Counted from the stretch's first letter, positions 8,823-19,190 are shown. The stretch: DNA of 64,000 nt from an uncultured Gemmatimonadaceae bacterium (GCA_963790305.1 CAWBOC010000010.1:1-64000); one strand, 5' to 3'. Made by a program: numbers and translations. Notes: generated by a model from the letters alone, not told the origin.

Positions 8823-9713
8823 CTACTCAGTCACTCCGGCCAGCTTGATATCGAACGGCCCGATCCCGTGCAGCTGGATCACCGTCTCGCCTTTGGCTCC
8901 GCCATAGTGCGGCTTCTTCGGCGGAATGTAGAGAAAGTCGCCGGGATGATACTCACGCAACGTTCCGCCTTCCTTCTCCCCCATCGACAGCAGGAACGTC
9001 CCCGAGAGCACCGTTAGGTGCTCGGCGTTTGGATGGTAGTGGGCGGGGAACGTGTATCCGGCGGGGAACTTGAGGCGGATGGTGTAGTCGCCCTTGCCAG
9101 ACGGGTCGCCGTGCAGCACGGCCACCTGCATTCCCGACTTGAAGCCGGGCACGTCGAGCGGCTGGAAGGAGAGGCCGGCGGCAGCGTTCATCGTCATGTC
9201 GTCGCCGGCGGGCTCGAGAACGACCACCGTCACCGGCGCGGGCGCCGGCGCTTGTACCTGAAGGTCGCTGTTGAAGATGTCGTGCGCGATCTTCCACTCC
9301 GTGCCGACCTTGCGGAACTGCACCAGGTACTTGCCACGGTCGGTAATCGGCCCCTGGTCGCCGGTGAAGGAGAACGTGTACGTGCCGGCGTCGGTCGCGA
9401 GCTCGCCACTGCTCGCGATGTCGATCTTCGTGGGCGTGAGGCTGAGCGATGCGTTGGGCGAAAGAACCCCCCGCCAGGCTTCTCGGATTGCCGCTTGCCC
9501 GCGGGCGGCGGGCGCGTTCGGAATCATGAAGACGGCATCCGTCGCGTACAGTTGCGCGATGGCGTCCACGTTCCTCGATGCGACTGCTTGCTCCATCTGG
9601 CGATTGATGGCTCTGATCGCCGCATCTTCACTCGCCACGTTCACGCGAGGCGTAGTGGCGCATGCCACAGCGGCGACAACGGCCAGCAAATGGAATGGCT
9701 TTGCCCGAATCAT
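8823..9713 (-). CDS. Lipoprotein: NTF2/SnoaL-like (DUF4440) domain fused to a cupin domain
   Basis: Lipobox VAC; LYATDAVF..P...GQAAIR...GKYL...WKIAHDIFNSD; cupin PAHYHPNAEHLTVLSG...PHY. Confidence 0.85.
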   Translation of the reverse strand: MIRAKPFHLLAVVAAVACATTPRVNVASEDAAIRAINRQMEQAVASRNVDAIAQLYATDAVFMIPNAPAARGQAAIREAWRGVLSPNASLSLTPTKIDIASSGELATDAGTYTFSFTGDQGPITDRGKYLVQFRKVGTEWKIAHDIFNSDLQVQAPAPAPVTVVVLEPAGDDMTMNAAAGLSFQPLDVPGFKSGMQVAVLHGDPSGKGDYTIRLKFPAGYTFPAHYHPNAEHLTVLSGTFLLSMGEKEGGTLREYHPGDFLYIPPKKPHYGGAKGETVIQLHGIGPFDIKLAGVTE

Positions 9714-9911
9714 GACGGGCCTCCAGGAGGAAGGTGCCTTTATCGTGGCTCCTCCCGGGGCCGAAGGCTAGAGTCAGGGTGCACCCTGAGCACCTTGAAC
9801 GCCGGGTGTGATCTGGGGCACTGGAGCAGGTGTAGGGCGACCAACGTCACATAGAACGGAGAGCGGTGGTCGATCGTCATCACTGATACCACTTCCCCCA
9901 CCGTTTCGAGC

Positions 9912-10814
9912 ATGCCCCCCGTCTACGACCCCCTCGCCGCCCGCAACGACATCGATGAAGGCCTGCGCTTCGAGCAGCATGGCGTTCTCGACAGCGCCCT
10001 GACGCATTACCAGCGCGCCGCACGCACGACGAATGACGCCGCACTCATCTCCGAAGCCTTTCGTCGACAAAGCAGCGTGCACCGAACACGATGCGAATGG
10101 GAGCTTGCGGTCGCGTGTGCCGAGCGCGCCATCACGTCCGCTCGTGAGGCACGGCTGGACGATCTCCATTCGGAGGCACTGTCCGCGCTCGCGGCCGTGC
10201 ATCGCAGCCGCGGCGATCTCGACGAGGCCGAGGTGCTGCTCAACGGGGCGCTTCGCATCGCGCACGATGAGCGCGTGCGGGGCATCGTTCTCCAGAACCT
10301 CGGCGGCATTGCCGCCGAGAAGCACGATCTCGATACCGCGCAGCACAAGTTCGTCGAATCGTATGGCTGCTTTCGTCGCTCGGGGTATCGCCGGGGCGAG
10401 GCGTTCGCGCTCAACAACTACGGCCGCGCGCTGCTCGAGGGCGGGAACGAGGCCCAGGCGGCGCGTGTGCTGGCGCAGGCGGTGGCCATCGCCCGCGACG
10501 TCGAAGATGAGGAGCTGGTCGCGCTCGCCACGCTCAACGTGGCTGAGACGCTGTACCTCGTCGGCGACCTAACGAAGGCCGAAAGCCACGTGAGCGAAGC
10601 GCTGGGCTACTTCAATCACACGCAGAACGCCTGGCGCCAGATCGAATGTCTCCGCCTCCTCGGCGACATCACGGTGAAGGCGCAGGAGGCGGCGACGGCG
10701 GTGCACTGCTACGTGCGCGGGATGCAGCTCGCCTTGCGCATCGGGGCGAGGCAGGAGCTGACGGTGCTGGCCGAGTGTCTCACGAAAGTGCGGCCGCTGT
10801 TGGCGGGAGCATAG
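9912..10814 (+). CDS. Tetratricopeptide-repeat protein
   Basis: Helical repeats with NLG/NNYG/NVA and A...Y patterns over the whole length. Confidence 0.8.
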   Translation: MPPVYDPLAARNDIDEGLRFEQHGVLDSALTHYQRAARTTNDAALISEAFRRQSSVHRTRCEWELAVACAERAITSAREARLDDLHSEALSALAAVHRSRGDLDEAEVLLNGALRIAHDERVRGIVLQNLGGIAAEKHDLDTAQHKFVESYGCFRRSGYRRGEAFALNNYGRALLEGGNEAQAARVLAQAVAIARDVEDEELVALATLNVAETLYLVGDLTKAESHVSEALGYFNHTQNAWRQIECLRLLGDITVKAQEAATAVHCYVRGMQLALRIGARQELTVLAECLTKVRPLLAGA

Positions 10815-10836
10815 ATCGTCGTCCGTCCACCCGGAG

Positions 10837-12402
10837 CTACCGCAACGGAAGCACTCTCCCGTCGAGATTCCCAGGAAATCGCACCCCGGCCCAACTGGCC
10901 AACGTCGGCGCGAAATCCACCGTCGATACCCGGTCAGTGAGGCGCCCGGCGCGCACGCCCGGGCCCATGAAGATGATCGGCACGTGACGGTCGTACCAAT
11001 ACATGGAGCCGTGTGTCGTTCCCCGCTCGCCGCCGAGAATGTTGGCACGAAGCCAGGCCTCGACGCCGTCGCGGCTGAACGGTCCGGCCACCCGTCCCGG
11101 GTAGAGTGAGCGACGCATCATCACCGCGAAGGAATCCGACGGCGCGCGTCGCATGAGCTCCTCGATCGTCCAGGCGTCGGCGATCGCGGGCTGCCCCTTG
11201 AGCGCCGCGACGATCCGCGCCGGCGCCGTGGCACGATCGGTCGACACCGCCTCCGTCACGATCTGCTGCCACACCTGCCGCTCGGCAGCCGTTAGGCGGC
11301 GGGAGCCGGGCGTAGCCCGCGAATCCTCTGGGGGCGTCATCACGCCGTGATCGGCGCTGAGCGCGACGATGTACCGTTCGCGCCCTACGGTGCGATCGAG
11401 AAAGGCGAAAAAGGCGCCGAGGCGGCGGTCGAGACGGTAGAGATTGTCGAGCTGCTCCCGACTGAACGGGCCGTACTCGTGGCCGACCGCATCGGTCTGC
11501 GACACGGACACGGCGAGCAGATCGACCGACGCATCGCGGCCGAGCCCGAGCTCGGTCACCATCGCCTCGGCGAAGTCGAGCGTGGCGGCATCGGACAGCG
11601 GGGTGCGCTCCATCCATGCGCGCAGCGTGTTCGTGTCGCGGTTCTGCGAAATGTCGCCGAGTCGATGCGGAAAGAACGTATGAGTCCCGTCGCCTTCGTG
11701 GGCCGCGGTGTCGGGACCGCTCAGGTGCACCATCGACGCCGGCGCGGTGAACGTCCACACCGTGTCGACCATGTAGCGTGTCACGACGTCGCTGTTGAAT
11801 CGCCTCACCCACGCCGGAAGGCTGTCCCGGTAATACGTCAATGTCACGAAGCCGCCGGCGGGCTCGAACCAGTAGACGTGACCCTTCACGTGCGCAGCGG
11901 GGAGAATCGCACCGCGATCCTTTCCTGACACCGACGCGACGAGTGAGCTGGGGCTCGCCGCGACGATCCAGTCGGCGAGGCCGGTAGCCATGAGGTTGCG
12001 CGGTGAAACCCCCGGAAGCCCCGCGCCAACGGTGCGAACGGTCGAGTCGCCAACGTTCGACATTTGCACCCATCGCTCGCCCGAGCGCTCGTACCACCCG
12101 TTGCTGACGATGCCATGCGTGGACGGATGGACACCCGTGGAGAGTGATGCATGCCCCGCCGCGGTGACCGTGCGACCGTGGTCGTACGTGGCGTTGGCGT
12201 AGAACCGGCCCTCACTCAGCAGGCGACGAAACCCGCCCGTCCACACGGCGCGATAGTGATCGAGAAGATCGCCGCGAAGCTGATCGACCGTGATCCAGAC
12301 GATGAGGGGCGGTGGCGCTGCGGGCGCGGGAGGCTCGGGCGCGCGCGCGCAGGCCAGCGCGGCGAGAGCGAGGAGAACAAGAAGTTTTCCGCTGCAGTTC
12401 AT
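10837..12402 (-). CDS. Alkaline phosphatase superfamily (PafA/NPP-like) lipoprotein
   Basis: ITVDQLRGD, TVTAAGHA.LSTG (Thr nucleophile), TDAVGHEYGP, SADHG, THGS.Y.YD.HVP; lipobox LAC; AAGGA RBS before 12402. Confidence 0.9.
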   Translation of the reverse strand: MNCSGKLLVLLALAALACARAPEPPAPAAPPPLIVWITVDQLRGDLLDHYRAVWTGGFRRLLSEGRFYANATYDHGRTVTAAGHASLSTGVHPSTHGIVSNGWYERSGERWVQMSNVGDSTVRTVGAGLPGVSPRNLMATGLADWIVAASPSSLVASVSGKDRGAILPAAHVKGHVYWFEPAGGFVTLTYYRDSLPAWVRRFNSDVVTRYMVDTVWTFTAPASMVHLSGPDTAAHEGDGTHTFFPHRLGDISQNRDTNTLRAWMERTPLSDAATLDFAEAMVTELGLGRDASVDLLAVSVSQTDAVGHEYGPFSREQLDNLYRLDRRLGAFFAFLDRTVGRERYIVALSADHGVMTPPEDSRATPGSRRLTAAERQVWQQIVTEAVSTDRATAPARIVAALKGQPAIADAWTIEELMRRAPSDSFAVMMRRSLYPGRVAGPFSRDGVEAWLRANILGGERGTTHGSMYWYDRHVPIIFMGPGVRAGRLTDRVSTVDFAPTLASWAGVRFPGNLDGRVLPLR

Positions 12403-12450
12403 TGGATCGATGTCCTTCATTGAGAGTCAGCCTGCTCCGCAACGAATTGT

Positions 12451-12598
12451 TAAAAGCGGTAGCACAGAGACACACGGAGACATTCACAGAGACACACGGA
12501 GAACTTCAACTGCCAAAGCTTGTCCAAAGCACTTGCCGTTGATTTCCTCTGTGTGTCTCTGTGTCATGTCTCTGTGTGTCTCTGTGCTACCGCTCTTA
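12451..12598. repeat. Palindromic element with (C)ACAGAGAC-type units, family D
   Basis: AGCGGTAGCACAGAGACACAC...GTGTGTCTCTGTGCTACCGCT long inverted repeat. Confidence 0.85.
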
Positions 12599-12626
12599 CG
12601 GCTCGTTGCGCATCGGAACTCACCGC

Positions 12627-14870
12627 TCATCGACGAAACTGATACGCCACCTTCACGAACAACCCATCCGCCGAGCGGCGCATGCGGGACCAGCTTGCTC
12701 CCGGCTGCGCCTCGAGGGTGCTGCCGTAGCCGAGGAAGGCGACGGTGCCGGGGGTGGGCTCGTAGGAGATGAGCCAGTCGGCGCGCAACGTTCGATCCTC
12801 GAATGCCTCGATCGGTTCCTCATTCTCGAACAGCGGGGCGCCGGTGCGGGCGTCGCGCAGCGCGTCCCGGCGATCGTCGCGCCATTCGCCAATCACACGA
12901 AAGAAGAGTGCGCGCCTGGGCTGATATTCGACCTTGAGGCGCGGGATGATCGTTCGCGCGAATTCCGAGCCGTCGCGATCGCGTTCGATGCGCAGGGCGG
13001 CGGCCAGCGCTTCGAGCCGAATGTTCGGAGTGGGGCGCAGGTTCAGGGCGGCGGTGATGCGCGTCGCGTCGCCCTCCGAGCCCTCGAAGAAGACCGGGGT
13101 GGCGAACGTCGCCGCACCTAACGTCGCCTGCCACTTCGAGAACACCGGTGTCGAAAGGCTGATCGAGTCACCCCACAGATTCGACAGCTCGCGCGGCGCG
13201 TCGTAGGGAGTGAACGTTCCTGGAGTGGTCTCCCGCTGCAGTCCCGCGAACAGCGCGCGGTCGAAGATGACCAGCTGGCGAAACACGCCCCAGTTCAGCC
13301 GCCAGCCGCCGCGGAAGATTGTGTAGCCGCCGAGCTGCTCCCCACCCTCGATCGGAGAGCGCTGCGGGAACGCGCGATACTGCCAGGTTCGCGATGGGCC
13401 ACCAAAGAAGGTGAAGTTTTCGATGAGCGCCCCGCGGCCGCCGTAGAGAGAGAAGCGATTGAAGAAGTGGCCGTCGACGATGCCCGAGCGTGGAACGAAG
13501 CCGGCGTGGCTCCGGAAGTCGTCCTCAATGGCGTTGAGCGCGTAGTTGAATCCCCACGAGCGACCAGTGCGGTCAAGCTCCGCATGCCAGAGCGGCGCGG
13601 GGCGCGTGCTGGATGCGTCGAACCGGGTCCACGATCCTCCCGCCTGTCCTTCGAAGTAGTACAGACGGCCGAAGACGTATCGGACGTCCGCCGCGGCGAC
13701 CGTGTTGTAGGCATCGGATTCGCGCCAATCGGTCAACGCGAGTCCAACCAGCGAGTTGCCGCCGAAGTCCGCGCGCACACGGGCAATGTTGAAGACGGGG
13801 TCGCCACCGCCGAAGTCATCGACCGCGGCGAGGTAGGCGACGCTATAGCGTCCGAGCTTGCCGGTGACTTTCGCGCCACCGATCGGCTGCTCGATTCGAC
13901 GCGTGTAGATGAGCTGGTTGGGCGTGCCAAACAGCTCGATCCCCTCGAGAAAGAATGGCCGCTTTTCTGGAATGAAGAGCGCAAAGCGCTCGTTCACGGT
14001 AATGAGGCCGACGTCCGACTCCACCTGGCTGAAGTCGGGATTGAGCGTGGCGTCGAGGGAGAATTCCGGAAATCCGAAACGCAGATTGGCGCCAGCGTCG
14101 GTCTGGAAGGTACCCCGATTGAACGCTCCGGTGTCGAGGCGCGTCCCGATGCGCGTCAGCGTCACAAACGGCTGGACCTCGGTGACGACGCCGCGCTCGA
14201 CGTTTTCGATGCCCTCCATCGTTCCCGACTGCGCCAGGAAGCTCGCGCTCGCCCGCCGCACATCGGTCCACGTGTCGCGATAGCCCGTGCTCGCGTTGTC
14301 GCGCACAATGTTGATGCCCCAGCGCTGCGGCCCACTGCTCGGGAAGCGCAGGCTCTTGAACGGGATGCGCACCTCGACGACGTAGCCGTCCTTCGTGACC
14401 TGTCCCTTGGAGTCGAACAGATAGTCGGGGTTGAGGTCGATGCTGCCGCCGAAGATGCTGCCCGCGCTCACCGCCCCTTCGGTGCGCACGCCATCTTCCT
14501 GCACGCCTAACGGGTTGACGCCGAACATGAACGCTCGACGCCGGTCATCGAAGGTATCGAGGTAGATGGTGACGCGGTCGTCGGACCCAATGTTGTCCCG
14601 GTCGGCGAGCGTCGCCCGGATGGTCGACGGGTCCTTGGCGCTGGCGATGATCCCGAAGTGAACCGCCCGCGGACTGTAGAAGACGAGGACCTCAGTGCGC
14701 TCCTCGGCGCTCCGGCCATCGACCGGCTCGTACTGATGAAAGTCGGTCAGCCGTGCTGCACTCTGCCATGCCGCTTCGGTCAGGGCGCCGTCGATGGCGA
14801 CGTCGGCGTCGACGCGCGGGACGGTAAAGGTGGTAGCCTGGACCTGGAGGGAGAGCAGAAGTGAAAGCAC
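12627..14870 (-). CDS. CBM9-like + DUF5916 probable outer-membrane protein (paralogue 1)
   Basis: IDGALTEAAW, F.VNPLGVQ.DG, EVRIPFKSLRF, NPDFSQVESD, EKRPFFLEG, C-terminal FVKVAYQFRR; start set at GTG 14870 because the upstream LEHLEH stretch is repeat-encoded. Confidence 0.85.
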   Translation of the reverse strand: MLSLLLSLQVQATTFTVPRVDADVAIDGALTEAAWQSAARLTDFHQYEPVDGRSAEERTEVLVFYSPRAVHFGIIASAKDPSTIRATLADRDNIGSDDRVTIYLDTFDDRRRAFMFGVNPLGVQEDGVRTEGAVSAGSIFGGSIDLNPDYLFDSKGQVTKDGYVVEVRIPFKSLRFPSSGPQRWGINIVRDNASTGYRDTWTDVRRASASFLAQSGTMEGIENVERGVVTEVQPFVTLTRIGTRLDTGAFNRGTFQTDAGANLRFGFPEFSLDATLNPDFSQVESDVGLITVNERFALFIPEKRPFFLEGIELFGTPNQLIYTRRIEQPIGGAKVTGKLGRYSVAYLAAVDDFGGGDPVFNIARVRADFGGNSLVGLALTDWRESDAYNTVAAADVRYVFGRLYYFEGQAGGSWTRFDASSTRPAPLWHAELDRTGRSWGFNYALNAIEDDFRSHAGFVPRSGIVDGHFFNRFSLYGGRGALIENFTFFGGPSRTWQYRAFPQRSPIEGGEQLGGYTIFRGGWRLNWGVFRQLVIFDRALFAGLQRETTPGTFTPYDAPRELSNLWGDSISLSTPVFSKWQATLGAATFATPVFFEGSEGDATRITAALNLRPTPNIRLEALAAALRIERDRDGSEFARTIIPRLKVEYQPRRALFFRVIGEWRDDRRDALRDARTGAPLFENEEPIEAFEDRTLRADWLISYEPTPGTVAFLGYGSTLEAQPGASWSRMRRSADGLFVKVAYQFRR

Positions 14871-14876
14871 GGACGG

Positions 14877-14916
14877 AAGGTGCTCAAGGTGCTCGAGGTG
14901 CTCAAGGTGCTCGAGG
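14877..14916. repeat. Family A half element (AGGTGCTCR)x4
   Basis: Tandem 9-mers; contains the stop codon (14902) of the upstream minus-strand gene. Confidence 0.8.
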
Positions 14917-15675
14917 GGTGCCTCCACTGCGTCGATCTATCGCGGCCAGCCATTGGCGCCTGATGAGAGCGCTGCCAGGGTAGATCAGGCTCCAGTAGCG
15001 GGCAAAGTAACGGCGCGTGGAAGGATCAGTGGCAAACACGCGTGTATCGGTCGTCAGCAGCGATCCACCCCCAGGCTGCGACTCGATACGAAAATTCATC
15101 GCCGCCACCGCGAAGCCAGGAGCGGTGAACGTCCGGAACTCGTCAGGCGTCCGCGGCGTGGATGCACCAGCTGGCGCGATCACCGTCGTTCCAACGACGA
15201 TCTCGCGATTGGTGTCAGCCGCCAGAGAGACGAAGGTCGTGCCAAGCGCTACCTCGAGAATGGGACGGTGCGCCGGCGCATTGAGAATGTCCTCCGGCCC
15301 TGGCCGACCGAATCGCCGAATGGTGGTCAGCGTGCGGAAGAAGCGAATATCTTCTGCCGTGACCTCATGCAGCGCACGCCACACCTCGACCGGTGTTGCT
15401 GCGATGTGCCGCTCGTGATGCTCGGCGAACTGGTAGCGCGGCAGGATCTCATCGAGTCGCGTGGTCCCCGTCGACCGCATCTCGCGAATGGGAAGCGACC
15501 ACGCGAGCAGCACCAGCCCAACCCCCACCGCGACGAGCCCGGCACCGCGCCGCCGTGGCGTGAGGCGGAGCGTCCGGATGGGACGGATGACGGCGATGAG
15601 ACCGACGAGGATCGCGAGGAGGCCGGAGTAGACGGCGAAGGTGCTCGAGGTCGTCAAGGTCGTCGAGGTGATCAA
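14902..15675 (-). CDS. Hypothetical membrane protein; start lies within a family A repeat
   Basis: Two N-terminal TM segments, LDEILPRYQFAEHH, TDTRV, FARYWSLIYPGSALIRR; exact start uncertain (TTG 15675 or a later TTG). Confidence 0.75.
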   Translation of the reverse strand: MITSTTLTTSSTFAVYSGLLAILVGLIAVIRPIRTLRLTPRRRGAGLVAVGVGLVLLAWSLPIREMRSTGTTRLDEILPRYQFAEHHERHIAATPVEVWRALHEVTAEDIRFFRTLTTIRRFGRPGPEDILNAPAHRPILEVALGTTFVSLAADTNREIVVGTTVIAPAGASTPRTPDEFRTFTAPGFAVAAMNFRIESQPGGGSLLTTDTRVFATDPSTRRYFARYWSLIYPGSALIRRQWLAAIDRRSGGTPRAP

Positions 15676-15724
15676 CGTGAAGTCGCCTGGATCACCTCGA
15701 CATCCTCGACCACCTGGACGACCT
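15638..15724. repeat. Family A palindrome
   Basis: Core GTGAAGTCGC at 15677-15686, 9-nt arms. Confidence 0.9.
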
Positions 15725-16547
15725 ATGCTCCCGCGGCGTCCCCCAGCGTCGACTTCCCGCTCTCCGAGAGACGGACTTCCGCCAGCGGGTCCGCGGTGTC
15801 GTGTCCATCGAGAAGTCGATCGAGCTCACGTTTGATGACGCGGTAGCACTCGCATGCCGCGGACTCCAGGCCATGTCGGTCGCGGACGGTAATGCGGCCG
15901 TACGAGTACACAATGTAGCCCTCGCGCTGTAGAGCGCCAGCGACGTCTGTCACCGCCGCCCGGCGAACGCCCAGCATCTGCGCCAGGAACAGCTGCGTCA
16001 GCGGAAACTCGTTGGCGCCGACGCGATCATGCGTCAGCAGCAGCCAGCGCGCGCAGCGCTGTCGCAGCTCGTGCGCGCGACCGCAGGCGGACGACTGCGA
16101 CATGAGCGTAAACAGCGCCTGCGTATAGCGGCCCAGCAGGACGGGGAGGCGCCCGCCGCGAGCGATCGCGCGCCGGAAGTCGTCAGCGGAGAGCGAGACG
16201 GCGTCGCCGGGAATCTGGCAGAACGTCTGCGCCGCCATGCGGTCGGCGCCGAGGAAGATCGGGAGACCGACGAACCCCTCGTTGCCGATGATGGCGCTTT
16301 GGGCGGCCGCGCCACCGCTCATGATCCCGACGATCGAGACCGCGGAGCTCTCGGGGAAGTACACCCGCTCGACCGGCTTGTCGTACTCGTGGATGGTCTG
16401 ACGGAGCTCGAGCTGCTCGCGACGCAGGAGCGGAGCGAGCTGCGCATACTCCGCCTCGGGGAGCGCGGCCAGAAGGCGGTTGCGAGAAGCCACCCGCGTT
16501 CCGTTGAAGAGCGATTGTCGCTGCGCAGACGTTCCGATACCAGGCAT
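15723..16547 (-). CDS. Crp/Fnr family transcriptional regulator
   Basis: NRLLAALP, VYFP, IGNEG, RCARWLLLTHDR, LTQLFLAQMLGVRR HTH, ACECY; GGAG RBS before ATG 16547. Confidence 0.92.
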   Translation of the reverse strand: MPGIGTSAQRQSLFNGTRVASRNRLLAALPEAEYAQLAPLLRREQLELRQTIHEYDKPVERVYFPESSAVSIVGIMSGGAAAQSAIIGNEGFVGLPIFLGADRMAAQTFCQIPGDAVSLSADDFRRAIARGGRLPVLLGRYTQALFTLMSQSSACGRAHELRQRCARWLLLTHDRVGANEFPLTQLFLAQMLGVRRAAVTDVAGALQREGYIVYSYGRITVRDRHGLESAACECYRVIKRELDRLLDGHDTADPLAEVRLSESGKSTLGDAAGA

Positions 16548-16616
16548 CTTGACGTCTCCACCCGTTGCCCGAGATTCAGACAGACCGTCGTCGTCTCGTT
16601 TCACCAAGGAGCTTTC

Positions 16617-17021
16617 ATGCGTGCCATCGTCCTGCTGCTACTCGCCGCGTGTGCCTCCTCGCCTCGTGCGACAGTCCCCGACACCCCGCCCGCGATCCCG
16701 GAGACGCGCGTTACTCCAACACCCGCGGTCAATCCGGTCGGCGAATTCGAGTGGGCGAGCGCGCTCCCTGACGGCACGCCCATCAAGGGCACCGTCGCCA
16801 TCACCGGCAGCCCCGGGGCGTACACCGGCGCGGTCACCGCGGAGGGGCTTGGCATTTTCCCGATCAAGAACGTCGTCGTCACCGGCCAGACCATGGTGAT
16901 CAACGCCGACCATCCCGACGGGCCCCTCGACATCCGCCTGACCTTCGTGGCGAACGACTTCACCGGATCGTGGCAGATCGGCGACAGCACCGGCGAAATG
17001 ACCGGGAAGCGCCGGCTGTAA
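16617..17021 (+). CDS. Hypothetical lipoprotein
   Basis: AAGGAG RBS; MRAIVLLLLAAC lipobox; small beta-rich domain. Confidence 0.75.
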   Translation: MRAIVLLLLAACASSPRATVPDTPPAIPETRVTPTPAVNPVGEFEWASALPDGTPIKGTVAITGSPGAYTGAVTAEGLGIFPIKNVVVTGQTMVINADHPDGPLDIRLTFVANDFTGSWQIGDSTGEMTGKRRL

Positions 17022-17035
17022 CGAATCCCGGCCGC

Positions 17036-17479
17036 TTACCTCGAGAAGAGGAGAATCAGCGGGTACACCGCCGTCTTCTCTGCCGACTCCTCGAAGCGCC
17101 AGCGCCCAATGCGGTTGAGCACGCAGGCTTCGACACCCTTGGCTTTTCCGCGGTCCCACGAGCGCGACTCGACCGCCGCTTCCGTGACGGTGCCGTCGCC
17201 GGCAATGCGCACGTGAATCGTGAGGCGTCCCGCCAGGTCGGGATGCTGCTTGACACCCTCGAGGTAGCAGAACTGGAGCTCGGCGTCGCGAGCACGTGCA
17301 ACGCTGCCGACGACAATGGGATCCCGCGGGCCAAGGTGTGCGCGCGATACCTCGGGAAGCGCAGGCGCGGCGCTCGGCGGCGGGGGCATAGGTGCTGGGC
17401 GGTGCGTGGCGGCCGTGCGCGGGGCACCGCAGGCCGCGAGGCTGGTGGCGAAGGCCACTACTAAGGAAAGGCTTCTCAT
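17036..17479 (-). CDS. Lipoprotein with AgmX/PglI (TonB C-terminal-like) domain
   Basis: LAAC lipobox; LQFCY...P.LAG......I..DG.V...C......W.F...YP. Confidence 0.78.
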   Translation of the reverse strand: MRSLSLVVAFATSLAACGAPRTAATHRPAPMPPPPSAAPALPEVSRAHLGPRDPIVVGSVARARDAELQFCYLEGVKQHPDLAGRLTIHVRIAGDGTVTEAAVESRSWDRGKAKGVEACVLNRIGRWRFEESAEKTAVYPLILLFSR

Positions 17480-17528
17480 ACTGGACTGACTGTTTCCGGG
17501 AGCCCTCTGTCACGTGTGAGGGACGTCA

Positions 17529-17672
17529 CAGGGGTCAGGAGCCAGGAGTCAGGGGTCAGGGGTGGAAAGGCGCGGCAGCAAGGCTGCCGCGCTCATTTGA
17601 TGAGGGCCGCTCGCGCGAAGCGCGGCGGCCCCTTTTCCACCCCTGACCCCTGACTCCTGACTCCTGATTCCT
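17529..17672. repeat. Palindromic element of 7-nt units (GG(G/A)GTCA)n...(TGAC(C/T)CC)n, family C
   Basis: CAGGGGTCAGGAGCCAGGAGTCAGGGGTCAGGGGTGGAAA...TTTCCACCCCTGACCCCTGACTCCTGACTCCTG. Confidence 0.88.
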
Positions 17673-17770
17673 CCATCCACCATTCCCGACAACTTCCCGA
17701 AGCCTGTTTCGGTCCCGCTTCCGGGTCGTCAGCAAGTGAGACGGCGCACACCACTTAACCGGACAGGACC

Positions 17771-19168
17771 ATGTCAACTCGGATTCTCACCCTCACGACA
17801 GCCGTCGTGATCGCGGCCTTCGCCGCGGCGCCTGCCCACGCGCAAGGCGGCGTCGAGTTCGGCGGCTTCGGCAGCTACACGCAGTTCGACACGAGCCTCG
17901 CGCTCAAGGAGCGCGCTGGTGCTGGCGCGCGCCTCTCACTGATCTCGGGCTATGGATGGTCGACGTTCATCCTCGAGGCAGAGGGCGGCTACTCCGAGCA
18001 GAAGCTCGGCCTGATGTCGATCAAGTACATTCCGGCGCGCGCGCGCCTGCTCTATGCCCTTCCGATCGGCTCGACCGCCTCGCTGCTCATCGGCGGCGGC
18101 GGCGTGCGAAACGAATACATGGTCGATTCGACGCACTCGAACGACTGGGGCTACACCGGCCTCGCCGGCCTTCGCGTGAAGCTCGGCAGCTTCATGACGC
18201 TGCGGATCGACGCGGTCGTCGACTACATCGAGAACCCGGTGAACGAATCGGATCTCTTCCCGCGCAACATCAACAAGTCGGCGCACGCCGGCCTGTCGTT
18301 CCCGCTCTGGCGGTCGAATTTCGTTCCGCCGGCGAAGGAGAAGGGGAAGTGGAACGTGACCGAGTCGACGCAGGCGGCTCCGAAGGAAGAGCCGAAGAAG
18401 GAGGAGCCGAAGAAGGAAGAGCCGAAGGAAGAGCGCGAGCCTGCGCCGCAGCAGCCGCCTCCGCACGAGCGCGAGCTGAAGATGGCCGAGCCCGATGCGG
18501 ACCGCGATGCGGTACCCGACTCACGCGATCTCTGCGCTGCCACGTCGCCCGGATCGACGGTCGACGCACAAGGCTGCCAGGTCTATCGCGACACCGACGA
18601 TGATGGCGTAACCGACGTTCGCGATCGCTGCCCGGCGACGCCGCACGGCACGCTGATCGATGGATACGGCTGCCCTGCCAGACCGACCGAGGTCGTGCGC
18701 GAGGCTCCTGCTCGCGACAGCGACGGTGACGGCATCGACGATCCGCGCGACAAGTGCCCCGGCACACCAGCCGGTGTCCATGCCGACGCGTCGGGATGCC
18801 CGATCGTGATTCCGAAGATGGAAGGCCCGCGCACGGTGACGCTGCGTGGCGTGACGTTCATGTCGGGACGTGACGAGCTGTCGCCGTCTTCGCTCGTCGT
18901 GCTCGACGAGGTCGCGAAGCAGCTGGTCGCGGTCCCCGAGCTCAAGATCGAGATCGCTGGTCACACCGATTCGAAGGGCACGCGCATTCGCAACATCAGA
19001 CTCTCGCTCGCCCGTGCTGAAGCGGTGCGCGCGTACCTGGTGATGCAGGGTGTACCAGCCGAGCGTCTCACGGCGCGCGGCTACGGCCCGGATAAGCCGG
19101 TTGCGTCGAACGCGGGACCGAATGGACGGGCGATGAATCGCCGAGTGGAGCTGAGACGCCTCGACTGA
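17771..19168 (+). CDS. OmpA-family protein (beta-barrel + thrombospondin type-3-like repeats + OmpA C-terminal domain)
   Basis: Signal peptide AHA; DxDxDGVxDxxDxCPxT repeats; IAGHTD...N..LS.ARA..V...GYG...NRRVE; KEEPK tandem linker. Confidence 0.92.
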   Translation: MSTRILTLTTAVVIAAFAAAPAHAQGGVEFGGFGSYTQFDTSLALKERAGAGARLSLISGYGWSTFILEAEGGYSEQKLGLMSIKYIPARARLLYALPIGSTASLLIGGGGVRNEYMVDSTHSNDWGYTGLAGLRVKLGSFMTLRIDAVVDYIENPVNESDLFPRNINKSAHAGLSFPLWRSNFVPPAKEKGKWNVTESTQAAPKEEPKKEEPKKEEPKEEREPAPQQPPPHERELKMAEPDADRDAVPDSRDLCAATSPGSTVDAQGCQVYRDTDDDGVTDVRDRCPATPHGTLIDGYGCPARPTEVVREAPARDSDGDGIDDPRDKCPGTPAGVHADASGCPIVIPKMEGPRTVTLRGVTFMSGRDELSPSSLVVLDEVAKQLVAVPELKIEIAGHTDSKGTRIRNIRLSLARAEAVRAYLVMQGVPAERLTARGYGPDKPVASNAGPNGRAMNRRVELRRLD

Positions 19169-19190
19169 GTTGGTCCCGTAAGGCCCAACT

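Noticed and set aside
14871..14927. LEHLEHLEH peptide repeat at the DUF5916 N-terminus (similarly TTSTTS at 34120-34160)
   Set aside because: Translation of a DNA repeat upstream of a better start and signal peptide.
18380..18432. 15-bp tandem repeat in the ompA-like gene
   Set aside because: Ordinary in-frame KEEPK linker.
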